Of a stretch of DNA of 64,000 bases, positions 37,938 through 47,390 are shown piece after piece (within the stretch, counting starts at the first letter, position 1; every line of letters begins with the position of its first letter). The stretch covers positions 87,744 to 151,743 of the forward strand of contig JAJFFH010000024.1 in assembly GCA_021776735.1 (NCBI GenBank), given 5' to 3'. The stretch is from Planctomycetota bacterium (lineage in GTDB: Bacteria > Planctomycetota > PLA2). The notes below the pieces were generated by a model that saw only the letters and a program-made list of their open reading frames with translations, had not been told where the DNA came from and did no database searches. Made by a program: the position numbers and the translations under genes.

Positions 37938-38921
37938 ATGTCCATCGAAATCGACACGTCGTACTCGTCTTCATCCTCCTCGGGCTCCTCGCCGTCTGGG
38001 TCCTCCGGCTCCTCCGGCTCCTCCGGATCCCCCGGTCCGGGCGCGTCGATGCCCGGTGCACCGCCGATCCCGGCACATGCACTCACGATCGACGTCGAGG
38101 ACTGGTATCACGTCGAAAACCTGACCCCGGTCTGCCCGCCCGACCGCTGGGACAGCTACGAGGCCCGCCTGCCGGCCAACCTCGACCGCATGCTGGATCT
38201 TTTCGACGAAGCGGGCGTCAAGACGACGTGCTTCGTGCTGGGCCGCGCCGCGGAGCGCCACCCGGAAATCGTCGGCAAAATCGTCGCCCGCGGCCACGAA
38301 CTCGCATGCCACGGCTGGTCGCACGAGCTGATCTACCGCCAGACACCCGCGGAGTTCCGCGAGGAGACGATCCGCGCCAAGAAATTCCTCGAGGACCTCG
38401 CAGGCATCGCCGTCCTTGGCTACCGCGCATCGACCTTCTCCATCGTCGAGAAGACCCTGTGGGCGCTCGACATCCTGGCTGAGGCGGGGTTTGAATACGA
38501 CTCGTCAATCGCTCCGTTGCACCACGATCGGTATGGCATCCCGGACTCGCCGAAGCAGCCTCATCGAAGGGAGCTGACGGACGGCGATATCTTGGAGTTT
38601 CCGGTCTGCACGATGCATGGATTGCGCCGCACCTTCCCGCTCGGCGGTGGGTTTTTCCGGTTGTTCCCGGTGTCGTGGGCGCGCAAGAGCATCGAAGAGC
38701 ACGCCGCGCGCGGACAGAGCGCGATGGTGTATCTGCACCCGTGGGAGATCGATCCCGGCCAGCCGCGCGTAGACGGCCTCAAGTGGAGCCACCGCTTTCG
38801 GCATTACGCGCGGCTCGGCGCCACGATGGGCAAGCTCCGGCGCCTTCTGAAGGGCCACCGCTGGGACACGATGGCCTCGATTCTGGGGCTCGCGGGAGAC
38901 GCCGCCGAGGGCAACGCCTAA
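37938..38921 (+). CDS. polysaccharide deacetylase family protein of the subfamily described at exosortase (PEP-CTERM) loci
   Basis: LTIDVEDWYHVENL..., CHGWSHELIYRQT..., LGYRASTF..., YLHPWEIDP. Ser/Gly-rich N-terminus encoded by GGCTCCTCC repeats. Contains an in-frame copy of the 12-mer (LTDGDIL). Start uncertain (37938 or 38047). Confidence 0.8.
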   Translation: MSIEIDTSYSSSSSSGSSPSGSSGSSGSSGSPGPGASMPGAPPIPAHALTIDVEDWYHVENLTPVCPPDRWDSYEARLPANLDRMLDLFDEAGVKTTCFVLGRAAERHPEIVGKIVARGHELACHGWSHELIYRQTPAEFREETIRAKKFLEDLAGIAVLGYRASTFSIVEKTLWALDILAEAGFEYDSSIAPLHHDRYGIPDSPKQPHRRELTDGDILEFPVCTMHGLRRTFPLGGGFFRLFPVSWARKSIEEHAARGQSAMVYLHPWEIDPGQPRVDGLKWSHRFRHYARLGATMGKLRRLLKGHRWDTMASILGLAGDAAEGNA

Positions 38922-38956
38922 AAAGACCGCCCAAAGAGAGCCGATAGAACAGTCAG

Positions 38957-40054
38957 ATGAAGATCATAAACGTCGTCGGCGCGCGTCCCAACTTCATGAA
39001 GATGGCGCCGCTCGTGCACGAACTGAACCGGCGCGGCATCGAACAGATGCTGGTGCACACCGGCCAGCACTATGACGACAACATGTCGAAGGTCTTTTTC
39101 GACGACCTGCGCATGCCCGCGCCCGACGTCTACCTGGGCATCGGTTCCGGCTCGCACTCCGAACAGACCGCCAAGGTCATGGTCGAATTCGAAAAGGTGT
39201 GTTTGGAACACAAGCCGGACCTTGTGGTCGTGGTCGGAGATGTCAACTCGACGCTCGCGTGCAGCATCGTGGCCGCCAAGCTCTGGATCGCGGTCGCCCA
39301 CGTGGAGGCTGGTCTACGCAGCTTCGACATGAAGATGCCAGAAGAGGTCAACCGGATCGTGACCGACCGGCTGACCGACCTGTTGCTGACTCCGTCGCCC
39401 GACGGGGACGAAAACCTCCGTAAGGAGGGCGTCGCCGAGGAGCGAATTCACCGGGTCGGCAACATCATGATCGACTCGCTGTTCGCGAACGTCGAGCGCG
39501 CGAAGGACTCGAAGATCCTCGACGAACTCGGCCTTGCCCCCAAGGGCTACGGCGTGCTGACGCTGCACCGCCCGAGCAACGTCGATGATCCGGAGATACT
39601 CCTCAAGCTCATGACGGTCCTGCACGAGATCTCCGAGCGCCTGCCGCTGGTTTTTTCCTGCCATCCGCGTACGGCGCAGCGGCTTGAAGATCTCGAGGCA
39701 TACGCGCGCCTCAAGGACCGCGGCGATCTCCGCATCCTGCCGCCGAAGGGCTACCTCGACTTCATGCGCCTCGTGTCGCAGAGCCGTCTTGTGCTCACGG
39801 ACTCCGGCGGCCTGCAGGAGGAGACCACGGCCCTGCGCATCCCGTGCGTGACGATCCGCGAAAACACGGAAAGGCCGATCACGATCACGGAAGGCTCCAA
39901 CACGCTGGCCGGCACCAACCCGGACAAGATCCGCGCCGCCGCGTACGCCGCCTTGGACGGCGACCAAAAGGACACGAGCGTCCCCGACCTGTGGGACGGC
40001 AAGACCGCCCACCGCATCGTGAACGTATTCGAATCCTGGTGGGCCGCGCGCTAG
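38957..40054 (+). CDS. wecB: UDP-N-acetylglucosamine 2-epimerase (non-hydrolysing)
   Basis: MKIINVVGARPNFMKMAPLVHEL...HTGQHYDDNMS...GDVNSTLACSIVAAKL...LTDSGGLQEET... Confidence 0.9.
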   Translation: MKIINVVGARPNFMKMAPLVHELNRRGIEQMLVHTGQHYDDNMSKVFFDDLRMPAPDVYLGIGSGSHSEQTAKVMVEFEKVCLEHKPDLVVVVGDVNSTLACSIVAAKLWIAVAHVEAGLRSFDMKMPEEVNRIVTDRLTDLLLTPSPDGDENLRKEGVAEERIHRVGNIMIDSLFANVERAKDSKILDELGLAPKGYGVLTLHRPSNVDDPEILLKLMTVLHEISERLPLVFSCHPRTAQRLEDLEAYARLKDRGDLRILPPKGYLDFMRLVSQSRLVLTDSGGLQEETTALRIPCVTIRENTERPITITEGSNTLAGTNPDKIRAAAYAALDGDQKDTSVPDLWDGKTAHRIVNVFESWWAAR

Positions 40055-41748
40055 CGCGGGCGCGCGGGCAACTCGGTCGGTCGCCAGTAGGCCGCGCCCT
40101 TGACCCAGGCCAGGTTCAGCGCGAAGAAAGACCGCCCTGGACCAAGATCGACCACGAGAATCCTCGCGGCGCGCTTCCGAGAGAACGTCTTGTGCCGCGC
40201 CGCAAGGAGTCTTCTTGAAACCGGAGACGCGTCGGCCGCACAGACAACAATCCGGATCTTCGACCGATCCCGGATCAGGTCCAATACGGTCGCGCCCCAC
40301 GAACGAAGTTCGCCCACCCTCGCCCGTTCGGGCGGTTCGAAGTGGCCGCGCATTTCCACGGGCGCGGCCGTTTGGAGCAGGCCATGCAGATGTTTGGCCC
40401 ATCCCCGCCCGGTCCAACCGCCCCGGTCCACGTCCATGCGCGGCGAAGGATCGACCAGAAACAGGATCGGGTCTTCCGACGGCGTCAGAAAGTCGGCGAA
40501 GAGATCCTCTGCCGCGGGCCCGCTGAGATCGTCCGGGAGCATGGGTGGCGTGCCGAGCTGTGCGAGATGGACCGCCAGTCGCCCTCCCGGCGGCCTCTTG
40601 CCCACACCATCCAGAATCAGGAGCGCCTTTTGGGGGTCGGCCTTCAGGCCCCCGCGCCGGACAAACGCCCGGAACTTCTCCCACCGCACGTAGCGGATCG
40701 ACCATTCGAGCCCGCTTGCACTCCGGCGACGCAGCGCGCGCTCCACATCATAGCGCCCGAGATAGGCGATCGCTGCCACACCCAAGAGGTAGCCGATCCG
40801 CCCGTAGCGGTAAAAAACCCACGGCGGCGCGTCCACCCAACGGGCCAACGTGTCGTTCGGGAACACGAAGCCGTACGCCTCCCAGTGGGACAGATAGCGG
40901 TTCAGCAGAGCCAGGAGCGGCCCCATCCGCGCCAGTGGAAAGCCGATATCGCGATCGCCCTTCCGGCCGAGCGCCAGGTATTTGGCCAGCCCCTCGCCGA
41001 CCAGCCGCGAGTCGGTGAACCGCTCGTTGAGATAGAACGTGACCGCGTGCGCGAGCTCGTGTTTCAGGGTGCGGCGTCGGTAGCGCGGCGGAGACTTGGT
41101 GCGAACGACAATGAACCGGTCGTCCAGAAAGTAGGTGCCAGCGGCACGCGCGTTCTTGAACCCGCGAAAGACCTCTGCGCCCATTCGGGGGGTTGCGAGC
41201 ACGTCGATTCGATGCGGGAGGCGGCCGCGCGCTACAGAGAGCCAAAGATCGACGAGACGTTCCCCCTCGGTGCGATCGTACTCGTGATAGCGCCCGTCGA
41301 GCGTCCAGAAGCGTAGGTGATTACCACCGCTGACCTGTTTGGGAAGCGTGTACAGGTAGAGCCGGGACACGCTGGCCTTCCACGGCCAGCGCTCATCGAA
41401 CCGATCCGCAGCCACGAAGTGCTCCGACAGCGCGTTTAGCTCTTCGGGACCCTTGGCACCCCACACGTACGGGTTGAGGTTTAGGCGACGCACGAACGGA
41501 GTCGGGCCGTCCAGCGGGGGAAGCTCGGGACGGCGATGCTTTTGAACATCGGTGCCGGGCGCGGTATCGAGGTCGGGTGCGGGGTCGGGGTCGCGACTGG
41601 GATCCTTGGGCCTGTCCTGCTCCGCCGGGTACGCCACGATTTCGCCCTGCCCGCGTGATCCGGACCCGTTGATGTCGCGCGTGAGCAGCCAGATCAGACC
41701 GATCGCCACCAAGATGACCGCAACGAGAATGAACCGGTCGGCCCTCAT
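40051..41748 (-). CDS. membrane-anchored protein with HExxH zinc-metallopeptidase-like motif
   Basis: N-terminal TM MRADRFILVAVILVAIGLIWLL, Pro/Asp-rich linker, then ...TLKHELAHAVTFYLNERF... No further family assignment from the sequence. Confidence 0.5.
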   Translation of the reverse strand: MRADRFILVAVILVAIGLIWLLTRDINGSGSRGQGEIVAYPAEQDRPKDPSRDPDPAPDLDTAPGTDVQKHRRPELPPLDGPTPFVRRLNLNPYVWGAKGPEELNALSEHFVAADRFDERWPWKASVSRLYLYTLPKQVSGGNHLRFWTLDGRYHEYDRTEGERLVDLWLSVARGRLPHRIDVLATPRMGAEVFRGFKNARAAGTYFLDDRFIVVRTKSPPRYRRRTLKHELAHAVTFYLNERFTDSRLVGEGLAKYLALGRKGDRDIGFPLARMGPLLALLNRYLSHWEAYGFVFPNDTLARWVDAPPWVFYRYGRIGYLLGVAAIAYLGRYDVERALRRRSASGLEWSIRYVRWEKFRAFVRRGGLKADPQKALLILDGVGKRPPGGRLAVHLAQLGTPPMLPDDLSGPAAEDLFADFLTPSEDPILFLVDPSPRMDVDRGGWTGRGWAKHLHGLLQTAAPVEMRGHFEPPERARVGELRSWGATVLDLIRDRSKIRIVVCAADASPVSRRLLAARHKTFSRKRAARILVVDLGPGRSFFALNLAWVKGAAYWRPTELPARPR

Positions 41749-41768
41749 TGGCCGATGATGTTTCCTAT

Positions 41769-42614
41769 ATGAGAGTCTTGGTCACCGGTGCCCGCGGAAT
41801 GCTTGGGCGTGCTGTCGTCGCGGCGGCTCCGGCGGGTGCGATCGTCGTCGGCGTGGACCGGGACGAGGCGGAGCTGTCCAACGCCGCCGCCGTGGCCGAG
41901 CTGTTCGCGCGTGAGGGCTCCGTAGGCGCCGTTATTCACTGTGCCGGTTATACCGCCGTCGATGCGGCCGAGTCCGACGAAGCCGGTGCGTGGCGCGACA
42001 ACGTCGATGCGATGCGCGAGGTCGCGGCGGCCTGCGCGCGGACCAATGCCGCGTTCTTGGGAGTGAGCACGGACTACGTTTTCGACGGACTCGCGGACCG
42101 ACCGTATCGCGAGAACGACACCAAGAGTCCGGCGTCGGTGTACGGCCGCAGCAAGCTCGCCGGCGAACGCGCCGCCCGCACCGTGCATCCGAAGGGCACG
42201 CGCATCGTGCGCACGGCGTGGCTGTACGGCCCGCACGGCGGCCACTTCCCCCAAACGATTCTCAGACTCGCCAGGGAGCGGACGGAGCTCAAGGTCGTGG
42301 CCGACCAGCGCGGCTCGCCGACCTCGACCCTCGAGCTGGCCCCGGTGCTCTGGGAACTGCTCGACGCCCCTCCGGACGTGTACCACGCCGCCGGCGACGG
42401 CGACGCGACCTGGTTCGATGTCGCGCAGGCGACGCTCGAACTTGCGGGCGTCGCCGACGTGGGAGTCATGAGGTGCACGACGGCGGAGTTTCCCCGTCCT
42501 GCCCCCCGGCCCCCCTATGCTGTACTCGACTGCGCCAAGCTCGAGGCGACGATCGGAAGTCGGCTGCGTCCCTGGCGCGTGGCCCTCGCTGACTATCTTG
42601 AGAACCATGAGTGA
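41769..42614 (+). CDS. rfbD: dTDP-4-dehydrorhamnose reductase
   Basis: MRVLVTGARGMLGRAV...TDYVFDG...YGRSKLAGE (SDR, RmlD-like). The tool's upstream start is at 41748. Confidence 0.85.
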   Translation: MRVLVTGARGMLGRAVVAAAPAGAIVVGVDRDEAELSNAAAVAELFAREGSVGAVIHCAGYTAVDAAESDEAGAWRDNVDAMREVAAACARTNAAFLGVSTDYVFDGLADRPYRENDTKSPASVYGRSKLAGERAARTVHPKGTRIVRTAWLYGPHGGHFPQTILRLARERTELKVVADQRGSPTSTLELAPVLWELLDAPPDVYHAAGDGDATWFDVAQATLELAGVADVGVMRCTTAEFPRPAPRPPYAVLDCAKLEATIGSRLRPWRVALADYLENHE

Positions 42615-43650
42615 ATTCGACACCCTCCTCGTCACCGGCGGCGCCGGCTTTATCGGCTCGAACTTCGTGCATGTCGTCGCCGAACGGACACCCGCCCGCC
42701 GCGTCGTGGTCCTCGACAAGCTGACCTACGCGGGCAACGCGGAAAACCTCGCCGGGCTCGATGTCGAACTCGTGCGCGGCGACATCGCGGATCCGGAAGA
42801 CGTCGGGCGGGCCTTTCAGGCGACAGGTACAGGGGGGGGCGGGGGCGCCGAAAACATCGCCGTCATTCACTTCGCGGCGGAGACTCATGTCGATCGCTCC
42901 ATCGAGTCCGCCCTGCCGTTTTTGCACACCAACGTGGTCGGCACCCAGGTGCTGCTGGACGCCGCGCGCGAACGCGGCGTGCGCCGCTTCGTGCATATCT
43001 CGACGGACGAGGTGTACGGCCCGATTCCGGACGGCGTCTTTACGCCGGAGGACGACCTGCTCAATCCGACCAATCCGTACTCGGCGAGCAAGGCGGCGAG
43101 CGAACACCTGGTGCACGCCGCCACAATCACCCACGGCATCGACGCCGTGATCACGCGCTGCTCGAACAACTACGGGCCGTATCAGTTCCCGGAGAAGCTG
43201 ATCCCGCTGATGATCGCCAACGCGAGCGAAGACAAGCCGCTGCCGGTGTACGGCGACGGCCTGTGCGAACGCGACTGGACCCACGTGCGCGACCACTGCG
43301 ACGCCGTCCTCGCCGTCCTGGAGCGCGGGCGCGCCGGGGCGACCTACAACATCCCCGGCAACACCCACAAGACCAACCTGGAGGTGCTGCACTTCCTGCT
43401 CGACGTGCTCGGCAAGCCGCGCTCGCTGATTCACCACGTTAAGGACCGGCCGGGCCACGACCGCCGGTACGCTCCGGACGGCGCGCGCATCCAAAGCGAA
43501 CTCGGCTGGACCCCTTCGCGGACGTTTGACGACGCGATGGAAGAAACCGTCCGCTGGTATCAGGACAACACCGACTGGCTCGAACGCGTCCGCAGCGGGG
43601 AATACCGCAATTACTACGAGCGCCACTACGGCGAGAGGCTGAAGACGTGA
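42607..43650 (+). CDS. rfbB: dTDP-glucose 4,6-dehydratase
   Basis: [15 protein letters not shown]...[11 protein letters not shown]...[11 protein letters not shown]... Start overlaps the rfbD stop (ATGAGTGA). Contains a Gly5 insertion encoded by a G8 tract at 42832-42839. Confidence 0.9.
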   Translation: MSEFDTLLVTGGAGFIGSNFVHVVAERTPARRVVVLDKLTYAGNAENLAGLDVELVRGDIADPEDVGRAFQATGTGGGGGAENIAVIHFAAETHVDRSIESALPFLHTNVVGTQVLLDAARERGVRRFVHISTDEVYGPIPDGVFTPEDDLLNPTNPYSASKAASEHLVHAATITHGIDAVITRCSNNYGPYQFPEKLIPLMIANASEDKPLPVYGDGLCERDWTHVRDHCDAVLAVLERGRAGATYNIPGNTHKTNLEVLHFLLDVLGKPRSLIHHVKDRPGHDRRYAPDGARIQSELGWTPSRTFDDAMEETVRWYQDNTDWLERVRSGEYRNYYERHYGERLKT

Positions 43651-44534
43651 GCGCGGCGCGACGCGGCATCATCCTGGCTGGGGGCTCCGGCACACGGCTG
43701 CACCCGATCACCAAGGCGACGAGCAAGCAGCTCCTGCCGGTGTACGACAAGCCGATGGTGTACTACCCGCTGTCCACGTTGATGCTCGCCGGGATTCGCG
43801 AGATCCTCGTAATCACCACCCCGCGCGACAGCGAGGCGTTTCAAACGCTGCTCGGCGACGGCGCGGAATGGGGCCTTGAGCTGCGCTACGCGACGCAGCC
43901 CAACCCCGGCGGACTCGCGCAGGCGTTCTTGATCGACGAGACGTTCGTCGAGGGTCGTTCGAGCGCGCTGGTCCTCGGCGACAACATCTTCTTCGGACAC
44001 GGGCTGGCGAAACGACTCCAAGCCGCCAATGCGCACGACGGCGGTGCGACGGTGTTCGGCTACTACGTCAAGGATCCGCAGCGGTACGGCGTCGTCGAAC
44101 TGGACCGCGACGGCAACGCGCTCTCGATCGAAGAGAAACCCGAAAGCCCGAAGTCGCACTACGCCGTCACAGGCCTCTACTTCTACGACGACACGGTGCT
44201 CGACATCGCCCGCAACCTGAAGCCGAGCGCGCGCGGTGAACTCGAAATCACCGACGTCAACGCGCGTTACCTCGAACGCGGCGCACTGCGCGTCGAAACG
44301 CTGGGCCGCGGCATGGCATGGCTCGACACCGGCACCGTCGATTCGCTGCTGCAGGCGACGAACTTCATCGAGACCATCGAAAGCCGGCAGGGACTAAAAA
44401 TCGCCTGCCCGGAAGAGATCGCGTGGCGGATGAACTACATCGACGATCGCGGACTGGAAACGCTCGCCGACAAACTCAAGAAGACGGTGTACGGCGAGTA
44501 CCTGAGAGAAATCCTCAGGGACGGACGGCGATGA
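43647..44534 (+). CDS. rfbA: glucose-1-phosphate thymidylyltransferase
   Basis: [50 protein letters not shown]... GTG start overlapping the rfbB stop. The last codons (...RDGRR*) lie inside a copy of the 12-mer. Confidence 0.9.
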   Translation: MSAARRGIILAGGSGTRLHPITKATSKQLLPVYDKPMVYYPLSTLMLAGIREILVITTPRDSEAFQTLLGDGAEWGLELRYATQPNPGGLAQAFLIDETFVEGRSSALVLGDNIFFGHGLAKRLQAANAHDGGATVFGYYVKDPQRYGVVELDRDGNALSIEEKPESPKSHYAVTGLYFYDDTVLDIARNLKPSARGELEITDVNARYLERGALRVETLGRGMAWLDTGTVDSLLQATNFIETIESRQGLKIACPEEIAWRMNYIDDRGLETLADKLKKTVYGEYLREILRDGRR

Positions 44535-45067
44535 ACGTCGAGAAGACTTCGCTCGCCGGCGTGCTCTTGATCGAGCCCAGGGTTTTCGGCGACCATCGCG
44601 GTTTTTTTTCAGAGACATGGCACGCGGAGCGGTACGCGGAACACGGCGTGCCGACGCGGTTCGCGCAAGACTGCGCGTCGCTCAGCAAGAAGGGCACGCT
44701 GCGCGGCATTCATCTGCAACGCCCGAGTCCGCAGGGAAAACTCGTCTGGGTGTCGCGCGGCGAGGTCTGGGACGTCGCCGTGGATCTTCGGTCCGGCTCC
44801 CCCACGTTCGGCCAGTGGACGGCCCACACGCTGAGCGCAACGAACCACCGCCAACTCTGGATCCCGGAGGGCTGCGGCCACGGCTTCGTCGTCACCAGCG
44901 AGGAAGCGCTGTTCACCTACAAGTGCACGGCCAAGTACGCCCCGGAGTGCGAGCGGGCGATCCGCTGGAACGACCCGGGACTCAATATCTCCTGGCCGAT
45001 CGACGACCCGATCCTGAGCGACCGGGACGCCACCGCGCCATCTTTGGAAGAGTTCCAGGCGGAGTAG
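44531..45067 (+). CDS. rfbC: dTDP-4-dehydrorhamnose 3,5-epimerase
   Basis: ...[11 protein letters not shown]...RGIHLQ...[20 protein letters not shown]...TFGQW... (cupin, RmlC). Its ATG (44531-44533) is the GATG end of the 12-mer and overlaps the rfbA TGA. Confidence 0.9.
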   Translation: MNVEKTSLAGVLLIEPRVFGDHRGFFSETWHAERYAEHGVPTRFAQDCASLSKKGTLRGIHLQRPSPQGKLVWVSRGEVWDVAVDLRSGSPTFGQWTAHTLSATNHRQLWIPEGCGHGFVVTSEEALFTYKCTAKYAPECERAIRWNDPGLNISWPIDDPILSDRDATAPSLEEFQAE

Positions 45068-45079
45068 ATCCGCGCCCAG

Positions 45080-45102
45080 GACATCGCCGTCCGTTTGCTG
45101 CC
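45080..45102 (+). repeat. copy of the dispersed motif (GACATCGCCGTCCGTTTGCTGCC; core at 45083-45094)
   Basis: Exact 12-mer with the GCAAAC flank, 13 bp after the rfbC stop. Confidence 0.8.
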
Positions 45103-45236
45103 GTCCGAATCGCGCACGATCCGGGGCAAAACTCGCTGTTTTTGGGGAAAACCCAATGGCGAGGCCATAATCGGCGGCGTCGCCTGCGTATCCGTGGGTA
45201 ACCGATTGAAAATACCCGTTCCAACGGAGAAAACGA

Positions 45237-45943
45237 TGATGCGAGCGAAGAAGACGATAGTTGTTGCGGCCGTGCTCATGGCGCTGCCCGTTCTCGCCGA
45301 GCTCGGCGCGGACTGGACCAAGCAACGCGAGGAGTCGGCCGCCGTGATGAAGCAGGCGCGCGGGCTGCTTGCCGAGGCGCCGAAGAAGGAAAAGAAACTC
45401 GACAAGAAGACGCGCAAGTACCTGTCGTCGACGCGCAAGGGTTTTCAGAAGTCGACCGGCTTTGCCAGGGCGCTCGTGCCGTCGCTGCTCGCGAGCGGCG
45501 AGGCTCTGACGGTTGCCGCGGCGGACGAGAGCAAGGCCGACGCGAAGTCGCCGATCGCTGCGCATCTGCGAGACATGGCCGCCACCTACGAGGCGCTGGC
45601 CGCCACCTTGAAGAAGGGTTCGAAGATTCGCGCGGGCGACGCCGCGACAGCTCAGAAGTCGCTCGCGAAGGCCGAGAAGAACTGGAAGAAGGTCGCGAAG
45701 AAGCTGGCCAAGATCGGCCAGGTTCGGGCCGACTGCCAGGCCGCGGTCAACCAGGACAAGGCGCTCAGCTCGATGTGCCCGATCACAAAGGCGATCGACG
45801 GCGCGATGCGTTCGCTCGATCAGGGCTACGAGGTTCTGGCGGCTTCGGGCAAGCGCGACGACATGATCGCCGCCGCCAAGACGCACCACTCCGCGCTCAA
45901 GACGAGCATGCAGTTGCCCGATCCGAACGCGGCCCCGTCGTGA
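45237..45943 (+). CDS. hypothetical secreted Lys/Ala-rich protein
   Basis: Signal peptide MMRAKKTIVVAAVLMALPVLA. GGAG 8 nt upstream of ATG. Helical body, no known domain. Confidence 0.55.
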
Positions 45944-46008
45944 AGCCTGACCGGCGGATGAGGCTAAGCCCTCACCACTCGGACCGGTTCGGTCCGAAAA
46001 ACGACTCC

Positions 46009-46040
46009 AAAGCCCCGGCAAACGTCCGGGGCTTTTTTTT
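46009..46040 (+). terminator. rho-independent (A-tract/T-tract, potentially bidirectional) terminator
   Basis: AAAGCCCCGG CAAACGT CCGGGGC TTTTTTTT, between the convergent 45237..45943 gene and the DegT gene ending at 46127. Confidence 0.75.
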
Positions 46041-46126
46041 GCGCGCACACCAAGCGAAGCACCGTCCGCTGGCATCCGTAGGTGTTCGACGGCCCACCGC
46101 GTACGCAGGCAACGGGCCGCAGAACC

Positions 46127-47287
46127 CTAAACAGGGACGTCCAGATCCAGCTTCAGCACCTCGTCCGCAATGAAGTCGAGCTGCTTGATCGAGACGTCCT
46201 GGTGGATCGGCAGCTCCAGCACATGGCGGCGGAGCCAGTCGGTCTCGGGGAACCGGCCCTCCGGGATCTCCTTGACGCCGTAGTTCCAAAACGGTGTGGC
46301 CATGACGCCGCGCCTCTGCAGAACCTCGACGGCCCGGTCCTTGTCGGGCACGCAGACGGTGTAAAACAGCGGGCACATGCCCTCTTCGAGCCCGCGCGGC
46401 AAGAGCAGCGCCTTGCCATTGAAGCGGTCTTCCAGGTACGCCCAGTTGCGCCGCCGCGCCGCAACGATCGCGTCGTAGTCGAACTTCCACAGGAGGTTGC
46501 GGCAGTAGTCGGCCATGCCGAGGTTGACGTTGTCGACGTTAAACCCCATGTCGCCGACCGGCACACGTTTCACCCGCACCGCCGACATCATGCGCCCGGC
46601 CATCTTCTTGGCGCCAAAGAGCGCGCCCCCGACGAGGTCGGAGCGTCCGCGCAGCCACTCGAGGTGCAGCTCGGCGATGCGCCCGCCGATCATCGCCCGC
46701 CCGGGCCCCGGTGTGTCGAGCTCGTCCAACTCGGGAAACACGTTCCGGTTTTGGACCAGCAACGCACCGTTGGGCAGCGGCAGGGTCTTGTAGAGACAAA
46801 AGATCGAATAGTCGCCCATCGACCCGAGCCGGCGCCCGTCGGGGGTCTTCGACAGAAGCGACAGCGCGCAGTCCTCGACCAGCACAACGCCGTACTTCTC
46901 GCAAAGCGCCAGAATCTCGTCCATGGGCTGCGCCCACCCGATGTACTGGATCAGGATGAGCGCCTTCGCGCCCTTGCGCATGAGATCCTCGAGCTCCTCG
47001 AGGTCAGGCTCGAGACGCTTGTTGATCGAGAAAAACTCGACGTGCGCGCCGACGGCCTGCACCGGCAGCACCTCGTTGGTGCTGTGGTACGACGGCATCA
47101 GGACGGTGTCGCCGGCCCCGATCCCCATCGCCTTCATGAGGTGCCAAAAACCGTTGCGCGCGACGTGAAAGCCCGTCGCGTGTTCCGCGCCAAGCGGATA
47201 GGGCAGCGGCGTACCGTTGCGATGCGCACGCTTCAGGAGGAGTTGGGGGCTAAGGCCCTGCCAGGCCGATACGTACATCAAAGACAC
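46127..47287 (-). CDS. DegT/DnrJ/EryC1/StrS-family PLP-dependent sugar aminotransferase
   Basis: 386 aa with fold-type-I AAT-like architecture (...GDTVLMPSYHSTNEVLPV..., ...GVVLVEDCALS..., ...GSMGDYSIFCLYKTLPLPNGALLV...). Confidence 0.75.
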   Translation of the reverse strand: MSLMYVSAWQGLSPQLLLKRAHRNGTPLPYPLGAEHATGFHVARNGFWHLMKAMGIGAGDTVLMPSYHSTNEVLPVQAVGAHVEFFSINKRLEPDLEELEDLMRKGAKALILIQYIGWAQPMDEILALCEKYGVVLVEDCALSLLSKTPDGRRLGSMGDYSIFCLYKTLPLPNGALLVQNRNVFPELDELDTPGPGRAMIGGRIAELHLEWLRGRSDLVGGALFGAKKMAGRMMSAVRVKRVPVGDMGFNVDNVNLGMADYCRNLLWKFDYDAIVAARRRNWAYLEDRFNGKALLLPRGLEEGMCPLFYTVCVPDKDRAVEVLQRRGVMATPFWNYGVKEIPEGRFPETDWLRRHVLELPIHQDVSIKQLDFIADEVLKLDLDVPV

Positions 47288-47390
47288 CTCACGCGTTCAC
47301 GGAATCAGACACTCCGCGCCAGCACCGGTCGATTTGCAAGAACCGGACCAATTCGCAAGAACCGAACCAAGCTGCCCGCGGCCCCAGAAC

